From an uncultured bacterium (GTDB lineage Bacteria; Omnitrophota; Omnitrophia; Omnitrophales; Aquincolibacteriaceae), in NCBI GenBank assembly GCA_964434115.1, contig CAYSSX010000004.1, positions 81,684 through 145,683 of the forward strand: DNA of 64,000 bases, written 5' to 3'. Numbering within the stretch: position 1 is the first letter of the stretch; every line of letters starts with the position of its first letter. Of the stretch, positions 1 to 10,900 are shown one piece after another. A program made the translations under genes and the position numbers. Under the pieces are notes generated by a model that worked only from the letters and a program-made list of their open reading frames with translations, did no database searches and had not been told where the DNA came from.

Positions 1-1119
1 ATCGGTCATGCAGGAACGCTTATTTCAGCCATCCTTCTTCTCTTGAAACAGCAGTGGAGAACTTCAATTAACCGTTTCGCGGAAGCCATGACCCTTTTCG
101 CCGTGGCTTGCGCGGGTCTCTTTCCGATTCTTCACCTTGGCCGCCATGCGATTTTCTACTGGCTTTTCCCTTACCCGAACACTTACGGGCTTTGGCCGCA
201 GTTCCGCAGCCCTCTTCTCTGGGACGTTTTCGCGGTTTCGACTTACGCCTCCGTGTCTCTTCTTTTCTGGTATGTCGGACTGATTCCGGATCTTGCCACC
301 ATGCGTGACCGCGCGCAGAAAAAGTTTGCGAAGCTGGCGTATGGTTTTTTTGCTCTTGGCTGGCGCGGCTCGGCTCTGCATTGGTCCCGCTATGAAACAG
401 CGTACCTTCTTTTGGCCGGCCTTGCGACTCCGCTGGTGCTTTCGGTACACACCATCGTCGGTCTCGACTTCGCGGTTTCCGTGATTCCCGGCTGGCACGC
501 GACCATTTTCCCGCCCTATTTCGTTGCGGGTGCCATTTTCGCGGGCTTTGCCATGGTGATCACGCTGGCGGTTCCTCTCCGCCACTTCTACGGCATGCAT
601 GACTTCATCACCATGAAACACTTCGACAACATGGCGAAAGTCATTTTGGCCACGGGCATGATGGTTTCCTACGGTTATTTCTGTGAAGCCTTTTTCTCCT
701 GGTACAGCGCCAACACTTACGAAAAGTTCATGATCTGGAACCGCATGACAGGCCCCTACGCCCCCTTCTACTGGTGCCTGATTGTCTGTAATTTCCTGGC
801 GCCTCAAGTTTTTTGGTTTAAAAAATGCCGCACCAACCTTGTCGTTCTTTTTGTGGTCTCCCAGTTTGTGAACGTCGGCATGTGGCTGGAAAGATTTGTC
901 ATCATCGTCATCAGCCTAAGCCGTGACTACCTTCCTTCGTCCTGGCACATGTACTGGGGAAGTTTCTGGGATTGGGCAACCTTCATCGGAACCATCGGGC
1001 TTTTCCTGACGCTGTTTTTGCTGTTCGTCCGGGTCCTCCCGTCCATTGCCATGTTTGAAATGCAGATGCTCCTGAGACAAACACGTGATCAGGAAAAACA
1101 AGCACAGGGGAAGCATTAA
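1..1119 (+). CDS. actC: Alternative complex III subunit ActC (NrfD/PsrC-like polytopic membrane quinol-binding subunit), 5'-truncated by the window edge
   Basis: Frame 1 is open from nt 1, so the annotated ATG at 43 is internal. Multi-TM NrfD-like sequence followed by actD/actE/actF in canonical ACIII order. Confidence 0.75.
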   Translation: MGHAGTLISAILLLLKQQWRTSINRFAEAMTLFAVACAGLFPILHLGRHAIFYWLFPYPNTYGLWPQFRSPLLWDVFAVSTYASVSLLFWYVGLIPDLATMRDRAQKKFAKLAYGFFALGWRGSALHWSRYETAYLLLAGLATPLVLSVHTIVGLDFAVSVIPGWHATIFPPYFVAGAIFAGFAMVITLAVPLRHFYGMHDFITMKHFDNMAKVILATGMMVSYGYFCEAFFSWYSANTYEKFMIWNRMTGPYAPFYWCLIVCNFLAPQVFWFKKCRTNLVVLFVVSQFVNVGMWLERFVIIVISLSRDYLPSSWHMYWGSFWDWATFIGTIGLFLTLFLLFVRVLPSIAMFEMQMLLRQTRDQEKQAQGKH

Positions 1120-1124
1120 CTCTT

Positions 1125-1682
1125 ATGACCTCCGCTCACACGACTGAAGAAGAAATCCTTTACGGCTGGATGGCTGAATTCGACACACCTGAGGCCCTGA
1201 TTGAAGCTGCGGAAAAAGCCGTGGCCGCTGGCTATAAAAAAATGGACGCCTACTCCCCTTTTCCGATTGAAGAGGTCATTCATGCCCTTGGGCTTGAAAG
1301 AAACAACCTTCCTTTGCGGGTCTTGATCGGCGGCATCACGGGATGCCTGACCGGTTTCTTCATGCAATATTACGCTTCGGTGATTGATTACCCTTATGTC
1401 TACGGCGGAAAGCCTTTTAACAGCTGGCCCGCGTTTCTTCCGATCTGTTTTGAACTGACGATTCTTTTTGCGGCCTTCACAGCGGTTTTTGGAATGCTTG
1501 CCATGAATGGGCTTCCGAAACCCTATCACCCTGTTTTTAACGTGGCCCGCTTCGCGCAGTTTGCCAGCCGTGATAAATTTTTCCTTTGCATCGAGTCAGA
1601 AGATCCTCTTTTTGATCTTGTGAAAACAAAATCCTTTCTGTCGTCCCTGAATCCCACCGGGGTTTACGAGGTGGAGTCATGA
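1125..1682 (+). CDS. actD: Alternative complex III subunit ActD (DUF3341-like membrane protein)
   Basis: 185 aa, two predicted TM helices; sits between the actC-like and cytochrome c (actE) genes; 4-nt overlap with the next gene. Confidence 0.65.
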   Translation: MTSAHTTEEEILYGWMAEFDTPEALIEAAEKAVAAGYKKMDAYSPFPIEEVIHALGLERNNLPLRVLIGGITGCLTGFFMQYYASVIDYPYVYGGKPFNSWPAFLPICFELTILFAAFTAVFGMLAMNGLPKPYHPVFNVARFAQFASRDKFFLCIESEDPLFDLVKTKSFLSSLNPTGVYEVES

Positions 1683-2263
1683 ACCGTCAAGCCGCTGCTT
1701 TGGTTTTCTGCCTTTCGGCCCTGGCACTCACGGGCTGCGACTTAAGAATGCGTGACCAGCCGCGCTATGACCCTCTGCAGGAAAGCAAATTCTTCAAAGA
1801 CGGCAAGGCTGCGCGGCCTCTTGTGGAAGGCACGGTGCCCCGGGGTTCCCTGAGAGAAAATGACTTTTATTACACGGGAAAGATCGACGGCAGTCCTGCG
1901 GCTGAATTTCCTTTTGAAGTGACCGAGGAAGTGCTCCGCCGCGGTCAGGAACGCTACAACATTTACTGTTCCGTGTGCCATGACAGGAGAGGCTTTGGCC
2001 AGGGCATGGTCGTTCAGCGCGGTTTTAAACAGCCGCCCTCTTATCATATTGAGCGCCTTCAAAACGCTCCTCCCGGGTATTTCTTTGACGTCATGACCCA
2101 GGGTTTTGGTGCCATGAATGATTATTCAGCCCAGATTACCCCGCATGACCGCTGGGCCATCGCAGCTTATATTAAAGCCCTTCAATTGAGCCAAAACGCG
2201 GATCTCTCGGATCTTAACGATCAGGACAAGGCGAAGCTCGAACCCTTAAAAGCAGTGCCTTAG
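1679..2263 (+). CDS. actE: Alternative complex III subunit ActE, membrane-anchored monoheme cytochrome c
   Basis: N-terminal signal/lipobox-like sequence (LTGC), single heme-binding CSVCH motif, ~190 aa. Confidence 0.75.
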   Translation: MNRQAAALVFCLSALALTGCDLRMRDQPRYDPLQESKFFKDGKAARPLVEGTVPRGSLRENDFYYTGKIDGSPAAEFPFEVTEEVLRRGQERYNIYCSVCHDRRGFGQGMVVQRGFKQPPSYHIERLQNAPPGYFFDVMTQGFGAMNDYSAQITPHDRWAIAAYIKALQLSQNADLSDLNDQDKAKLEPLKAVP

Positions 2264-2282
2264 ACGGCAGCAGGAAAGAGTC

Positions 2283-3473
2283 ATGCAAAACTTGCAAGCG
2301 GAACCACAGCTTCAATCGAAACTAGCGATGCTTAAACAGCGGGCTCTTATTGCCGCGGCGGCAGGGATTGTCTTGTCCGCCATCGGTTTTTTTATCGACC
2401 GCACTTCTTTCGCTTCCTCTTACCTCGTGGCCTTTCTTTATTGCATGGGAATCGTTGTCGGCTGCCTTCCCCTGGTCATGCTGCATCACCTCGCGGACGG
2501 CGGCTGGGGCTATCCGGTCCGCCGGGTCATGGAAAATATCTTGAGTTTAATTCCCCTGCTCGCGCTCGCTTTTATTCCGGTTTACCTGCTTCTGCCCGTG
2601 CTTTATCCCTGGGCCAACCCTGAGCTGGCAGCGCACGATGTCATTATTCATCAAAAAACGGCTTACCTGAATCCTCCGGCCTTTCTCGCACGCACGGCCC
2701 TTTATTTCGGCATCTGGTTTTTATTTGCCACCTTATTGATCAAGGGGTCGCGCACTTTCGCGAAAACCTACGCCGACAGCCTGCGGGCATCTCTCCAGCG
2801 CATCAGCGGTTTTGGTATTATCGTGTATGCGCTCACCGTAACATTCGCCTCAGTAGACTGGGCCATGTCCCTTGAGCCGCATTGGTTTTCAACCATCTAC
2901 GGAGTTTTGTTTATCGCGGGGCAGACCCTTCTGGGTTTCGGATTTTCAGTCGCGCTCATGGTCTTTCTCTCCCACTATGAACCGGTTTCAAAAGTCCTGA
3001 CCACCGTGCGCTCCCATGATATGGGAAAACTCTTTTTCGCCTTCATCATGTTCTGGGCCTACATCTCGGTTTCACAATTTATTATTATTTGGAACGGGAA
3101 CCTCGCGGAAGAAACACCTTGGTACATCCGGCGTTTTACGAACGGCTGGGAAATCCTGAGCGCGCTTCTTCCGATCTGCCATTTTTTCATTCCGTTCCTT
3201 CTGCTCCTCAGCCGTTTTCGCAAGCGGGCGCCCGCGCGCCTTTTGAAGGTTGTGGTGTTTGTCCTCGCCGTGCGGTGGTTTGATCTTAACTGGCTCATCA
3301 AGCCTGCCCTCTTCCCCTCGATTCATTTTCATTGGCTGGATTTGACCTGCCTGGCGGCTATTGGCGGAACCTTGCTTTTCTTCCTTTTTGGAAAACTGCA
3401 GAACTCCACCCTTGTTCTTGAGCATGACCCGATTGTTACGGGCCGGGAAGGAACGGACTCTCATCATGGCTAA
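2283..3473 (+). CDS. actF: Alternative complex III subunit ActF (second NrfD-like membrane subunit)
   Basis: 396-aa polytopic membrane protein, paralogous in character to ActC, at the expected operon position. Confidence 0.7.
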   Translation: MQNLQAEPQLQSKLAMLKQRALIAAAAGIVLSAIGFFIDRTSFASSYLVAFLYCMGIVVGCLPLVMLHHLADGGWGYPVRRVMENILSLIPLLALAFIPVYLLLPVLYPWANPELAAHDVIIHQKTAYLNPPAFLARTALYFGIWFLFATLLIKGSRTFAKTYADSLRASLQRISGFGIIVYALTVTFASVDWAMSLEPHWFSTIYGVLFIAGQTLLGFGFSVALMVFLSHYEPVSKVLTTVRSHDMGKLFFAFIMFWAYISVSQFIIIWNGNLAEETPWYIRRFTNGWEILSALLPICHFFIPFLLLLSRFRKRAPARLLKVVVFVLAVRWFDLNWLIKPALFPSIHFHWLDLTCLAAIGGTLLFFLFGKLQNSTLVLEHDPIVTGREGTDSHHG

Positions 3474-3918
3474 TCATTCCACACCGGGATCCTCGCATGA
3501 GGGCTACGAAAAAACGGATGCGCACGCGAAGCCTTTGCTTTGGTTTGCTCTCGGGCTTGTCATTCTTTCGGCCGCTTCCTTTTGGCTCATGGCCGTGATG
3601 TATAAAGCGATGGATAATCACACGAATAAAACAGACAAGCCCTCCGTGAACATCCGTGATTCCCGCTGGCGGGCCCCGGACATCCAGCTTGAAGTGCATC
3701 CGTCAAAACTGCGTGAAGAGCTCACGAAAGCCGAAACGGAACATTTGACGACTTATGGCTGGGTTGATGCTGCGGCCAAAAAAGTCAGAATCCCCATTGA
3801 AAGAGCTATTCAGATTACCGCTCAGAAGGGGCTTCCCTTCCGGAAGTCGGTTTTTTCGGAACGGGAAGGTTCTGCAGCGTTGACTGAAAGCGGCGGGCAA
3901 GAAGCTGTTTCGTATTAA
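3466..3918 (+). CDS. Small single-TM membrane protein, possible ActG-like accessory subunit
   Basis: ATG at 3466 overlaps the actF stop (ATGGCTAA). One TM helix (LLWFALGLVILSAASFWLMAVM) then a hydrophilic tail. The annotated ORF 3361..3918 is probably too long at its 5' end. Confidence 0.4.
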   Translation: MANHSTPGSSHEGYEKTDAHAKPLLWFALGLVILSAASFWLMAVMYKAMDNHTNKTDKPSVNIRDSRWRAPDIQLEVHPSKLREELTKAETEHLTTYGWVDAAAKKVRIPIERAIQITAQKGLPFRKSVFSEREGSAALTESGGQEAVSY

Positions 3919-3947
3919 TTAAAACTAAACGATCCAAGAGGTTTTTT

Positions 3948-4814
3948 GTGTTGATGCGCTTTGAGGGTTCTCCCTTAAAAAAATCATTCTTGCGCCTGTT
4001 CTCGGCCCTGTTTACCGCTGGCTCTTTGCTGGCTCTGTCTCCGCTCAGCCTTCGGGCCAACGTGGATACCTTGAACAATCAGCAAGAGGTGTTTACAAAA
4101 ATCCGGATTGAACAGAAGCTGGATACCGTCTTGCCGATGGACCTCACGTTTCGTGATGAGACAGGCGCCACGGTTCGTCTTGGAGATCTTTTTACCGGAA
4201 GGCCGGTCCTTTTGACTCCGGTTTATTACACCTGCCCCATGCTTTGCAATCTTGTTTTAAACGGGTTGGTGAAAGCCCTCAAGATTTTGAAATTCACCCC
4301 GGGCAAAGACTTTGACATCATTTCCTTTTCCATTAACCCGAAGGAAACACCCGAATTGGCCTTGGCAAAAAAACAATCTTATCTGGCGGAGTATAAACGC
4401 CCGGAAGCCGCGGCCGGCTGGCGCTTTCTTACGGGGGACGCTGATGCGATTGAAAAGTTGACTGATGCCGTGGGGTTCCGCTACGCCTATGACCCCGTAT
4501 CCAAGGAATACGCTCATGCGGCCGGGGTCATGGTGGTGACACCTAAAGGACATTTGTCTCATTATTTTTATGGGATTGAATATTCGCCCAAGGATATCCG
4601 CCTGGCCTTAGTCGAAGCCGGAAAAGGCAAGATCGGGAACATCATGGACCAATTTGTCCTGCTTTGTTATCATTACGATCCCTCAACCGGCAAGTATGGT
4701 TTTGCGATTATTAATTTTCTCCGGTTCATCTGCGTTCTGACCGTTATTGCCCTTGCGTCGTTCATTATCCGGTCGCTCAAAGCAGAGCGCAAACTCTTAA
4801 AGGCAGGCTCTTGA
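3948..4814 (+). CDS. SCO1/SenC family copper chaperone (thioredoxin fold) for CuA assembly
   Basis: N-terminal TM/signal sequence; CxxxC motif (YYTCPMLCNL) typical of Sco proteins; immediately upstream of coxB. Confidence 0.8.
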   Translation: MLMRFEGSPLKKSFLRLFSALFTAGSLLALSPLSLRANVDTLNNQQEVFTKIRIEQKLDTVLPMDLTFRDETGATVRLGDLFTGRPVLLTPVYYTCPMLCNLVLNGLVKALKILKFTPGKDFDIISFSINPKETPELALAKKQSYLAEYKRPEAAAGWRFLTGDADAIEKLTDAVGFRYAYDPVSKEYAHAAGVMVVTPKGHLSHYFYGIEYSPKDIRLALVEAGKGKIGNIMDQFVLLCYHYDPSTGKYGFAIINFLRFICVLTVIALASFIIRSLKAERKLLKAGS

Positions 4815-4815
4815 T

Positions 4816-5811
4816 ATGAAGATACCTTTCTCTCCTGTGCAGGCTTCAACCATTGCGGGGAGCGTGGATGCTCTATACCTTTACATTGTCGCGATTACGG
4901 TTTTGTTCACCGCCATTATTTATGCGATGTCCATCATCTTTACCGTCAAGTACCGCCGGAAGACGCCGGATGAAATACCTCCAGCCATTCATGGGAATCT
5001 CGCACTCGAAATCACCTGGACGGTGATTCCCCTGCTCATCTCGCTCACCATTTTCGCATGGGCCACAATTCTCGCATTTAAGATTTGGCGCGCGCCCGAG
5101 GATGCGCAGGAAATTTTTGTGGTCGGAAAGCAATGGATGTGGAAGGTTCAGCACCCCACGGGTCAGCGTGAAATCAATGAACTTCATGTGCCGACGGGAA
5201 AACCCATCCGGATAAAACTAACCTCCGAGGATGTTCTTCACAGCTTTTACATTCCGGCTTTCAGAACCAAAATGGATGCTATTCCGGGCCGTTACACCTC
5301 CCTTTGGTTTGAGCCGACCGTGCCCGGAAAATACCACCTTTTCTGCGCAGAGTATTGCGGCACCACACACTCCGGCATGATCGGCTCCGTCTATGTCCTG
5401 TCACCGGAAGACTATCAAGCCTGGCTGGAAAACGGAACTGCGGCCTCCACGCCCCTGACCGTCTCCGGGAAAGAGCTGTTCACAACTTTTCGCTGCAACA
5501 CGTGCCACAATTCAAGCTCCGGCGCTTTGGGACCGAATCTTGCCGGGGTCTTTGGGAAAAACGTTCAGCTGGCGGACGGGAGCACGGTAAAAGTCGACGA
5601 GAAATATATTCGCGAATCCATTCTGAATCCCACGGCCAAAGTCGTGGCCGGCTATTCCCCGGTGATGTCGTCCTTCAAGGGGCAGGTCAATGAGGAGCAG
5701 ATCATTCAGATTATTCAATACATTAAAGGTCTCAAGGAAGAAACCGGCGCCGATGCACCCGCTGCGGAAGCGCCTTTGGCGGAACCCGCGCCGGCGGTAC
5801 CGGCCGCATAG
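4816..5811 (+). CDS. coxB: Cytochrome c oxidase subunit II, caa3-type, with C-terminal fused cytochrome c domain
   Basis: CuA ligand motifs (HSFYIPAF; FCAEYCGTTHSGM) plus a C-terminal CNTCH heme c motif. Start is 1 nt after the SCO1 stop. Confidence 0.9.
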   Translation: MKIPFSPVQASTIAGSVDALYLYIVAITVLFTAIIYAMSIIFTVKYRRKTPDEIPPAIHGNLALEITWTVIPLLISLTIFAWATILAFKIWRAPEDAQEIFVVGKQWMWKVQHPTGQREINELHVPTGKPIRIKLTSEDVLHSFYIPAFRTKMDAIPGRYTSLWFEPTVPGKYHLFCAEYCGTTHSGMIGSVYVLSPEDYQAWLENGTAASTPLTVSGKELFTTFRCNTCHNSSSGALGPNLAGVFGKNVQLADGSTVKVDEKYIRESILNPTAKVVAGYSPVMSSFKGQVNEEQIIQIIQYIKGLKEETGADAPAAEAPLAEPAPAVPAA

Positions 5812-5862
5812 GCTGTGAAACAGCCTGTTTGTTTGCGGTCCGATTTTCTTGTTTGAAATTGC

Positions 5863-7512
5863 GTGCAGACTAAGGGGATCATACCCCAGGATAAGGGTCT
5901 TATGAAAAAAGCTGAAGAAAAGAGCTACTTGAACGTAAGCCACACGATTGGCTCCTGGCTGCTGACGGTTGACCATAAGCGCATTGCGATTCTTTATTTG
6001 GTTTCTGTCAGCATCTTCTTTTTTATTGGCGGACTTTTTGCCATGTTCATCCGGCTTGAACTCTTGACTCCGGCCGGTGATCTTTTCGTTTCAGATACCT
6101 ACAACAGACTTTTTACGCTTCACGGTGTGGTGATGATTTTCTTTTTTCTCATCCCCTCCGTGCCGGCAGTGCTGGGTAACTTCCTTATTCCGATCATGAT
6201 TGGCGCAAAAGACATGGCGTTCCCGCGCATCAATCTTCTGAGCTGGTACATTTACATCCTCGGAGCAACGCTGGCCACGGGCGCGATCCTGGTGGGCGGC
6301 GTGGATACAGGCTGGACCTTTTACGCTCCCTACAGCACGGTTTATTCCAACAGCGCTGTTACCTTGACCATTGTGGGGGCCTTTGTCACAGGTTTCTCTT
6401 CCATCCTAACCGGGCTTAACTTCCTGGTCACCATTCATAAAATGCGCGCCCCCGGAATGACCTGGTTTCGTCTTCCTCTCTTTGTGTGGGCCAATTACGC
6501 CACGGGACTTATCATGGTGTTAGCGACTCCCGTTCTTGCCTCCGCCCTCTTCCTCCTCTTTTTGGAACGGGCACTCCACATTGGCATTTTTAACCCGGCT
6601 TTGGGCGGCGACCCGGTTCTTTTTGAACACCTTTTCTGGTTTTACTCGCACCCGGCCGTGTACATCATGATTCTCCCGAGCATGGGTGTCATGAGTGAAC
6701 TGTTTGCCGCATTCTCCCGCAAGCGTATTTTCGGATATGAATTTGTCGCCTGCTCAAGCCTTGCGATCGCGATTTTAGGATTTTTTGTTTGGGGACATCA
6801 TATGTTCGTTGCAGGGCAATCCATGTATGCAGGCATGGTTTTCTCGATCCTGAGTTTTCTTGTCGCCATTCCCTCCGCCGTCAAAGCCTTCAATTGGGCG
6901 GCGACTCTTTATAAAGGCTCCATTTCATTCGACACCCCCATGCTTTACGGCCTGGGCTTCATCGGCCTTTTTACGATCGGCGGTCTTACGGGCCTTTTTC
7001 TTTCTTCCATGGGTTTGGACGTTCATCTTCATGATACGTATTTCGTCGTCGCTCATTTTCACTACATCATGGTCGGCGGCGTTCTCATGGGGTATTTGGG
7101 CGGACTCCATTACTGGTGGCCGAAAATTTCCGGGCGTCTTTATCCGGAATACTGGGCGCGCCTTTCCGTTCTGTTTGTCTTTGTAGGGTTCAACCTGACC
7201 TTTTTTCCCCAGTTCCTTCTTGGTTACATGGGAATGCCCCGCCGCTACCACATGTACCCCGAAGAGTTTCAAGTTCTAAACGTCTTATCGAGTGCTGGAG
7301 CTTCGGTTCTTGCGTTTGGCTATATTCTCCCTGTTATTTACTTCCTTTGGTCGTTGAAACACGGCAAACTCGCATCGGCGAATCCCTGGGGCGCGAAAGG
7401 CCTTGAATGGAATATCCCTTCACCGCCGACAACGCATAACTTTGAGGAGATCCCGGTGGTCACTGAAGAGGCTTATGCCTACGCCGAGGAGGAAGGTAAG
7501 CATCATGGCTAA
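5863..7512 (+). CDS. coxA: Cytochrome c oxidase subunit I (heme-copper oxidase catalytic subunit)
   Basis: 549 aa, 12-TM pattern, conserved His-rich heme a/a3-CuB segments (WFYSHPAVY; HHMF; [12 protein letters not shown]). Alternative start at 5902. Confidence 0.9.
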   Translation: MQTKGIIPQDKGLMKKAEEKSYLNVSHTIGSWLLTVDHKRIAILYLVSVSIFFFIGGLFAMFIRLELLTPAGDLFVSDTYNRLFTLHGVVMIFFFLIPSVPAVLGNFLIPIMIGAKDMAFPRINLLSWYIYILGATLATGAILVGGVDTGWTFYAPYSTVYSNSAVTLTIVGAFVTGFSSILTGLNFLVTIHKMRAPGMTWFRLPLFVWANYATGLIMVLATPVLASALFLLFLERALHIGIFNPALGGDPVLFEHLFWFYSHPAVYIMILPSMGVMSELFAAFSRKRIFGYEFVACSSLAIAILGFFVWGHHMFVAGQSMYAGMVFSILSFLVAIPSAVKAFNWAATLYKGSISFDTPMLYGLGFIGLFTIGGLTGLFLSSMGLDVHLHDTYFVVAHFHYIMVGGVLMGYLGGLHYWWPKISGRLYPEYWARLSVLFVFVGFNLTFFPQFLLGYMGMPRRYHMYPEEFQVLNVLSSAGASVLAFGYILPVIYFLWSLKHGKLASANPWGAKGLEWNIPSPPTTHNFEEIPVVTEEAYAYAEEEGKHHG

Positions 7513-8158
7513 TTCGTCCAAGAAGTCCCCGCTTCAGCACCATTTTGTGAATCTCCATCAGCAGTATGATGCCTCCCAGCTTGGGATGTGGGCGTTTCTG
7601 ATCACGGAAATTCTTTTTTTCGGCGCCCTTTTTACCGGTTATACGATTTACCGCATCCTTTACCCCACGGCCTTCGGAGTTGCCAGCGGTCACCTCGACA
7701 TCACACTTGGGGCCATTAACACAGCCGTGCTGATTGCAAGCTCATTGACCATGGCGCTTGCGGTTCACGCCGGGCACACCGGGAACCCTAAAAAAATTAT
7801 CCGTTTTCTCCTTCTGACGATTCTTCTCGGCGGAGTCTTCCTGGGAATCAAAGCTGTCGAGTATTCTCACAAATTTCATGAGCATCTCGTTCCCGGACCG
7901 ACTTTTAGTTTTCCTCTTTATACGGGGCAAGGTTCTGAACTTTTCTTTTCGTTCTACTTCGCCATGACAGGCCTTCATGCCTTTCACATGGTCGTCGGGA
8001 TCATCGGCTTGTTCATCCTGGTCTGGATGGCTCACAAGGGGCGGTTTACTGAAGAGTATTCAACCCCTGTTGAAATGATGGGGCTTTACTGGCATTTCGT
8101 GGATATTGTCTGGATTTTCCTGTTTCCGCTTCTTTACCTGGTTATGAGGCATCACTAA
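7505..8158 (+). CDS. coxC: Cytochrome c oxidase subunit III
   Basis: ATG at 7505 overlaps the coxA stop; ~217 aa, multi-TM. The N-terminal extension of annotated ORF 7403..8158 lies inside coxA and is unlikely to be real. Confidence 0.8.
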   Translation: MANSSKKSPLQHHFVNLHQQYDASQLGMWAFLITEILFFGALFTGYTIYRILYPTAFGVASGHLDITLGAINTAVLIASSLTMALAVHAGHTGNPKKIIRFLLLTILLGGVFLGIKAVEYSHKFHEHLVPGPTFSFPLYTGQGSELFFSFYFAMTGLHAFHMVVGIIGLFILVWMAHKGRFTEEYSTPVEMMGLYWHFVDIVWIFLFPLLYLVMRHH

Positions 8159-8159
8159 T

Positions 8160-8552
8160 ATGTCACACACCGTTGATTCGCTTAAAACGTACTACACCAT
8201 TTTCCTGGCCCTCATGGTTCTTACGGCCCTCACCGTTTACGCCGCCTTCGTGGATTTTGGCCCCCTCAACATTTTAATCGCCATGGCTATTGCCGTGCTC
8301 AAGGCCTTTCTCGTTTTATGGTTTTTCATGCATGTCCGCCACGGCAACCCCCTTCTCAGAGTGTTCGCTTTTGCCGGCTTCCTGTGGCTTGCGATCTTGA
8401 TCGCCTTCACGCTGCAGGATTTTCTGACACGGCCCTGGGAAAAATTTCAGCAATCCTCCGTTTGGGTCGCTCGGGATGCCTCTCATTTCACGCCTAAAGC
8501 AGCTTCTCAGGGGCATGGGCATTCCGAAGCTGCACCCGCAGCCCATCACTAA
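8160..8552 (+). CDS. Cytochrome c oxidase subunit IV (prokaryotic caa3-type small subunit)
   Basis: 130 aa, three TM helices, starts 1 nt after the coxC stop; the N-terminal region matches what I recall of the small-subunit family. Confidence 0.55.
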   Translation: MSHTVDSLKTYYTIFLALMVLTALTVYAAFVDFGPLNILIAMAIAVLKAFLVLWFFMHVRHGNPLLRVFAFAGFLWLAILIAFTLQDFLTRPWEKFQQSSVWVARDASHFTPKAASQGHGHSEAAPAAHH

Positions 8553-8626
8553 GCCCTAAGTCTAGCCCCCTTCAGCAAGGCTCCGCCCGAAGGGACGCTT
8601 CTGCTTCCCTGCTTCAACGGGTTATT

Positions 8627-9856
8627 TTAATATTTTCTGGAAATACGGAAGGACTCTGCAATCGCGATCAGGGTGACCGCTTCAAGGATGATAAAGAGCA
8701 GGCGCGGGCTCAGGTTGGCATCTAAAAACAAACCCATGAGATAAGGCGCCACCGCTGTCGAAATCACAAGAATAGAACTTTGCACGCCTCGAATGGCCCC
8801 CATGCTGTCGGTGCCGTAAAGCTCCGCAAGAAAGGCCCCGGAAACAGTCATGCTAAGCCCCATGGTCACTCCCGCAGCAAAAAGGTAAACAAACACCCAG
8901 ATTAGGTCATGCCCAAAGATAAGGGTGAACAGCCCGATAGCCAAGGGCACCAAGACCCAGGCAAAGGCCTTTCGCGCGGAAAAGCGGTCAATATAAGGTC
9001 CGGACAAAACGGAGATAACGCCTCTGGCGAGTGCGTACAAAACAAACCCCGCGGAAACAGCGTGTACGCCCCACCCCTTCCACTCCATGAGACTTGTCTG
9101 GTGAAAAAACAGCGCGGTCAGAAACGCCGGGGCCACAAGCATGGGAAACTGGATGACATAAAAACGCCGGTCATGAAGCACCGCCCGGAGGGTCCAGCGC
9201 ACGGCCTCAGAGGGCTGGCGCGAAAAAGCAATTTTTTTATCCAGCGCCGGCTGCTTCAGAAAAACCGGATGCACACCTTTCTCCGGATCATGCTTTAAAA
9301 GAAGAATGACGGCCGGCGAAAAAAAAGCAAAAAGAAGCCCCCCCAGTAAAAGCCATCCGGAGCGCCACCCATAGGCGTGTATCCAGTAAGACACCAGAAA
9401 GGGAAAGATGGCCTCACTTAGCGGGTACCCCAGGTTGGCAATTCCTAAAGCCTTTCCGCGGGCAGGCCCGAAGACACGCGCCATGGTGGTCGACGAAATC
9501 ATGGTCAGGGTTCCCTGCCCCAGATTACGGATCAAGAGAAATCCCGCAAAAACGGTCAGCGTATCGCGGCTGATGGCCAGAACAAAACACCCCGAAGCCA
9601 AAAGAAATCCCGCAACAAGCGTGAAGGTGACCAGCCTCATCCGGTCAAGGGACCGGCCATGCAAAGGAAGCACAAGGGCTGAAAGCATCGTGGCCAGCGC
9701 ATAGATCCCGGAAATTTGCGAGGGGCTCATGCCAAAACTTTCCCGCATCGGGGCAATAAAAAGGGAAATGAGGAAAGTCTGGCCGGGGCTGCTGAAAGCC
9801 GCTGTCAAAATACCGAAGGCTAAGAGGTGCGGATACCTGCGAAAGAAATTGATCAA
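8627..9856 (-). CDS. MFS-family transporter
   Basis: 409 aa, ~12 TM helices with a central loop; glycine-rich helix motifs typical of the major facilitator superfamily. Confidence 0.65.
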   Translation of the reverse strand: MINFFRRYPHLLAFGILTAAFSSPGQTFLISLFIAPMRESFGMSPSQISGIYALATMLSALVLPLHGRSLDRMRLVTFTLVAGFLLASGCFVLAISRDTLTVFAGFLLIRNLGQGTLTMISSTTMARVFGPARGKALGIANLGYPLSEAIFPFLVSYWIHAYGWRSGWLLLGGLLFAFFSPAVILLLKHDPEKGVHPVFLKQPALDKKIAFSRQPSEAVRWTLRAVLHDRRFYVIQFPMLVAPAFLTALFFHQTSLMEWKGWGVHAVSAGFVLYALARGVISVLSGPYIDRFSARKAFAWVLVPLAIGLFTLIFGHDLIWVFVYLFAAGVTMGLSMTVSGAFLAELYGTDSMGAIRGVQSSILVISTAVAPYLMGLFLDANLSPRLLFIILEAVTLIAIAESFRISRKY

Positions 9857-9938
9857 ATCAAAAGTCCTTTCTTCCTACAAGCATACACGATGGAACAATT
9901 CAGCTTCACCATTCGATTCCTGCGCCCGCGGGAGGGCC

Positions 9939-10832
9939 TCAGGCGCCGGCAATCTTGCCGTAGCAATTGCCTTCCGGATCAGCTTCGCGAGGGGTCTTGG
10001 AAATGGGCATGGTGCGGAAATTGGGAGTCCCGGAACGGAAATAGCTCACCAAAAGACGGACCGGGAGTTTTCCATATTTTCCCGTGTGCATCCCGGTAAT
10101 CAGCTTATCAAGAGCCCCCCGGACCGTAAAAGCACGTTTGCGGTAAGGGCGCGCTGACACAAGCGCATCAAAAATATCGATAATGGCCACGAGCATCGTG
10201 TATTTGCTCATTTTTTTAATGCCTTTAGGGTACCCTTTTCCGTCCAGGGTCTCGTGGTGCTCGTAAGCCACGCGGCAGGCCTCCGTGCCTTTAGCTCCCA
10301 GGTAATACCTCAGCATCAAAAGGCTGTAGAGCGGGTAGCTTCTCAAAACACGGTATTCATTCGACGTTAACCGGACTTTTTTATTGAGAATACGGTGAGA
10401 GAGGCGGGTTTTTCCGATATCGTGAATCATCCCGTAGACAAAAGCCTCACGCGGACGATACCCCAAATTCCGCAGATCAAGCGCCATGCGGACAGCAAGC
10501 GCTCCGATTAAAAGAAAATGCCGGTAGGTATACGGGGATGTCTTCTTAAGATCCTGGACTTCCCGGAAAAGAGACGCTTGAATACGGGTGGCTTTGATTT
10601 CACGCAGAATAGCCTGGCAAATTTTCGGGCCCGTGAAAACTTTTTCGTAAAGAGGTTCTTCAAGAACCTTTTCCACATCCTTCAAAAAGGCCGCCTGATT
10701 AAGGCTCACTTCACGCTTCTGGAGCGCGGCTCCCTTTCGAATCACCTCACGAATAAGCGGCGCCGCAACTTCGCTGCCTTCTTTTGCAATCAGCTTTCCG
10801 TGAACATCATAGAGGTCTGCAACAATTCTCAA
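9939..10832 (-). CDS. HD-GYP domain protein (putative c-di-GMP phosphodiesterase)
   Basis: HD motif (MIHDIGK) and HHETLDGKGYP signature. Confidence 0.8.
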   Translation of the reverse strand: MRIVADLYDVHGKLIAKEGSEVAAPLIREVIRKGAALQKREVSLNQAAFLKDVEKVLEEPLYEKVFTGPKICQAILREIKATRIQASLFREVQDLKKTSPYTYRHFLLIGALAVRMALDLRNLGYRPREAFVYGMIHDIGKTRLSHRILNKKVRLTSNEYRVLRSYPLYSLLMLRYYLGAKGTEACRVAYEHHETLDGKGYPKGIKKMSKYTMLVAIIDIFDALVSARPYRKRAFTVRGALDKLITGMHTGKYGKLPVRLLVSYFRSGTPNFRTMPISKTPREADPEGNCYGKIAGA

Positions 10833-10900
10833 GAGCGTATCCTGTGGGGGTTAACAGCCGTCTTTATATTTCGGCAGAATCGAGGCCGCTCTGAACGGGC

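Noticed and set aside
64-807. Minus-strand ORF of 247 aa inside actC
   Set aside because: Antisense to a well-supported NrfD-like gene; Arg/Gly-rich translation with no motif.
5512-5976. Minus-strand ORF spanning the coxB/coxA junction
   Set aside because: Antisense to the CuA and heme c motifs of coxB; no support.
7403-7504. N-terminal extension of the coxC ORF as annotated (start 7403)
   Set aside because: The extension is embedded in coxA coding sequence. The ATG at 7505, overlapping the coxA stop, gives a canonical subunit III N-terminus.
8566-8594. Possible bidirectional terminator hairpin between the convergent coxD and MFS genes (cccttc ... gaaggg)
   Set aside because: Only a 6-bp stem with a 15-nt loop and no flanking U-run on either strand; too weak to call.
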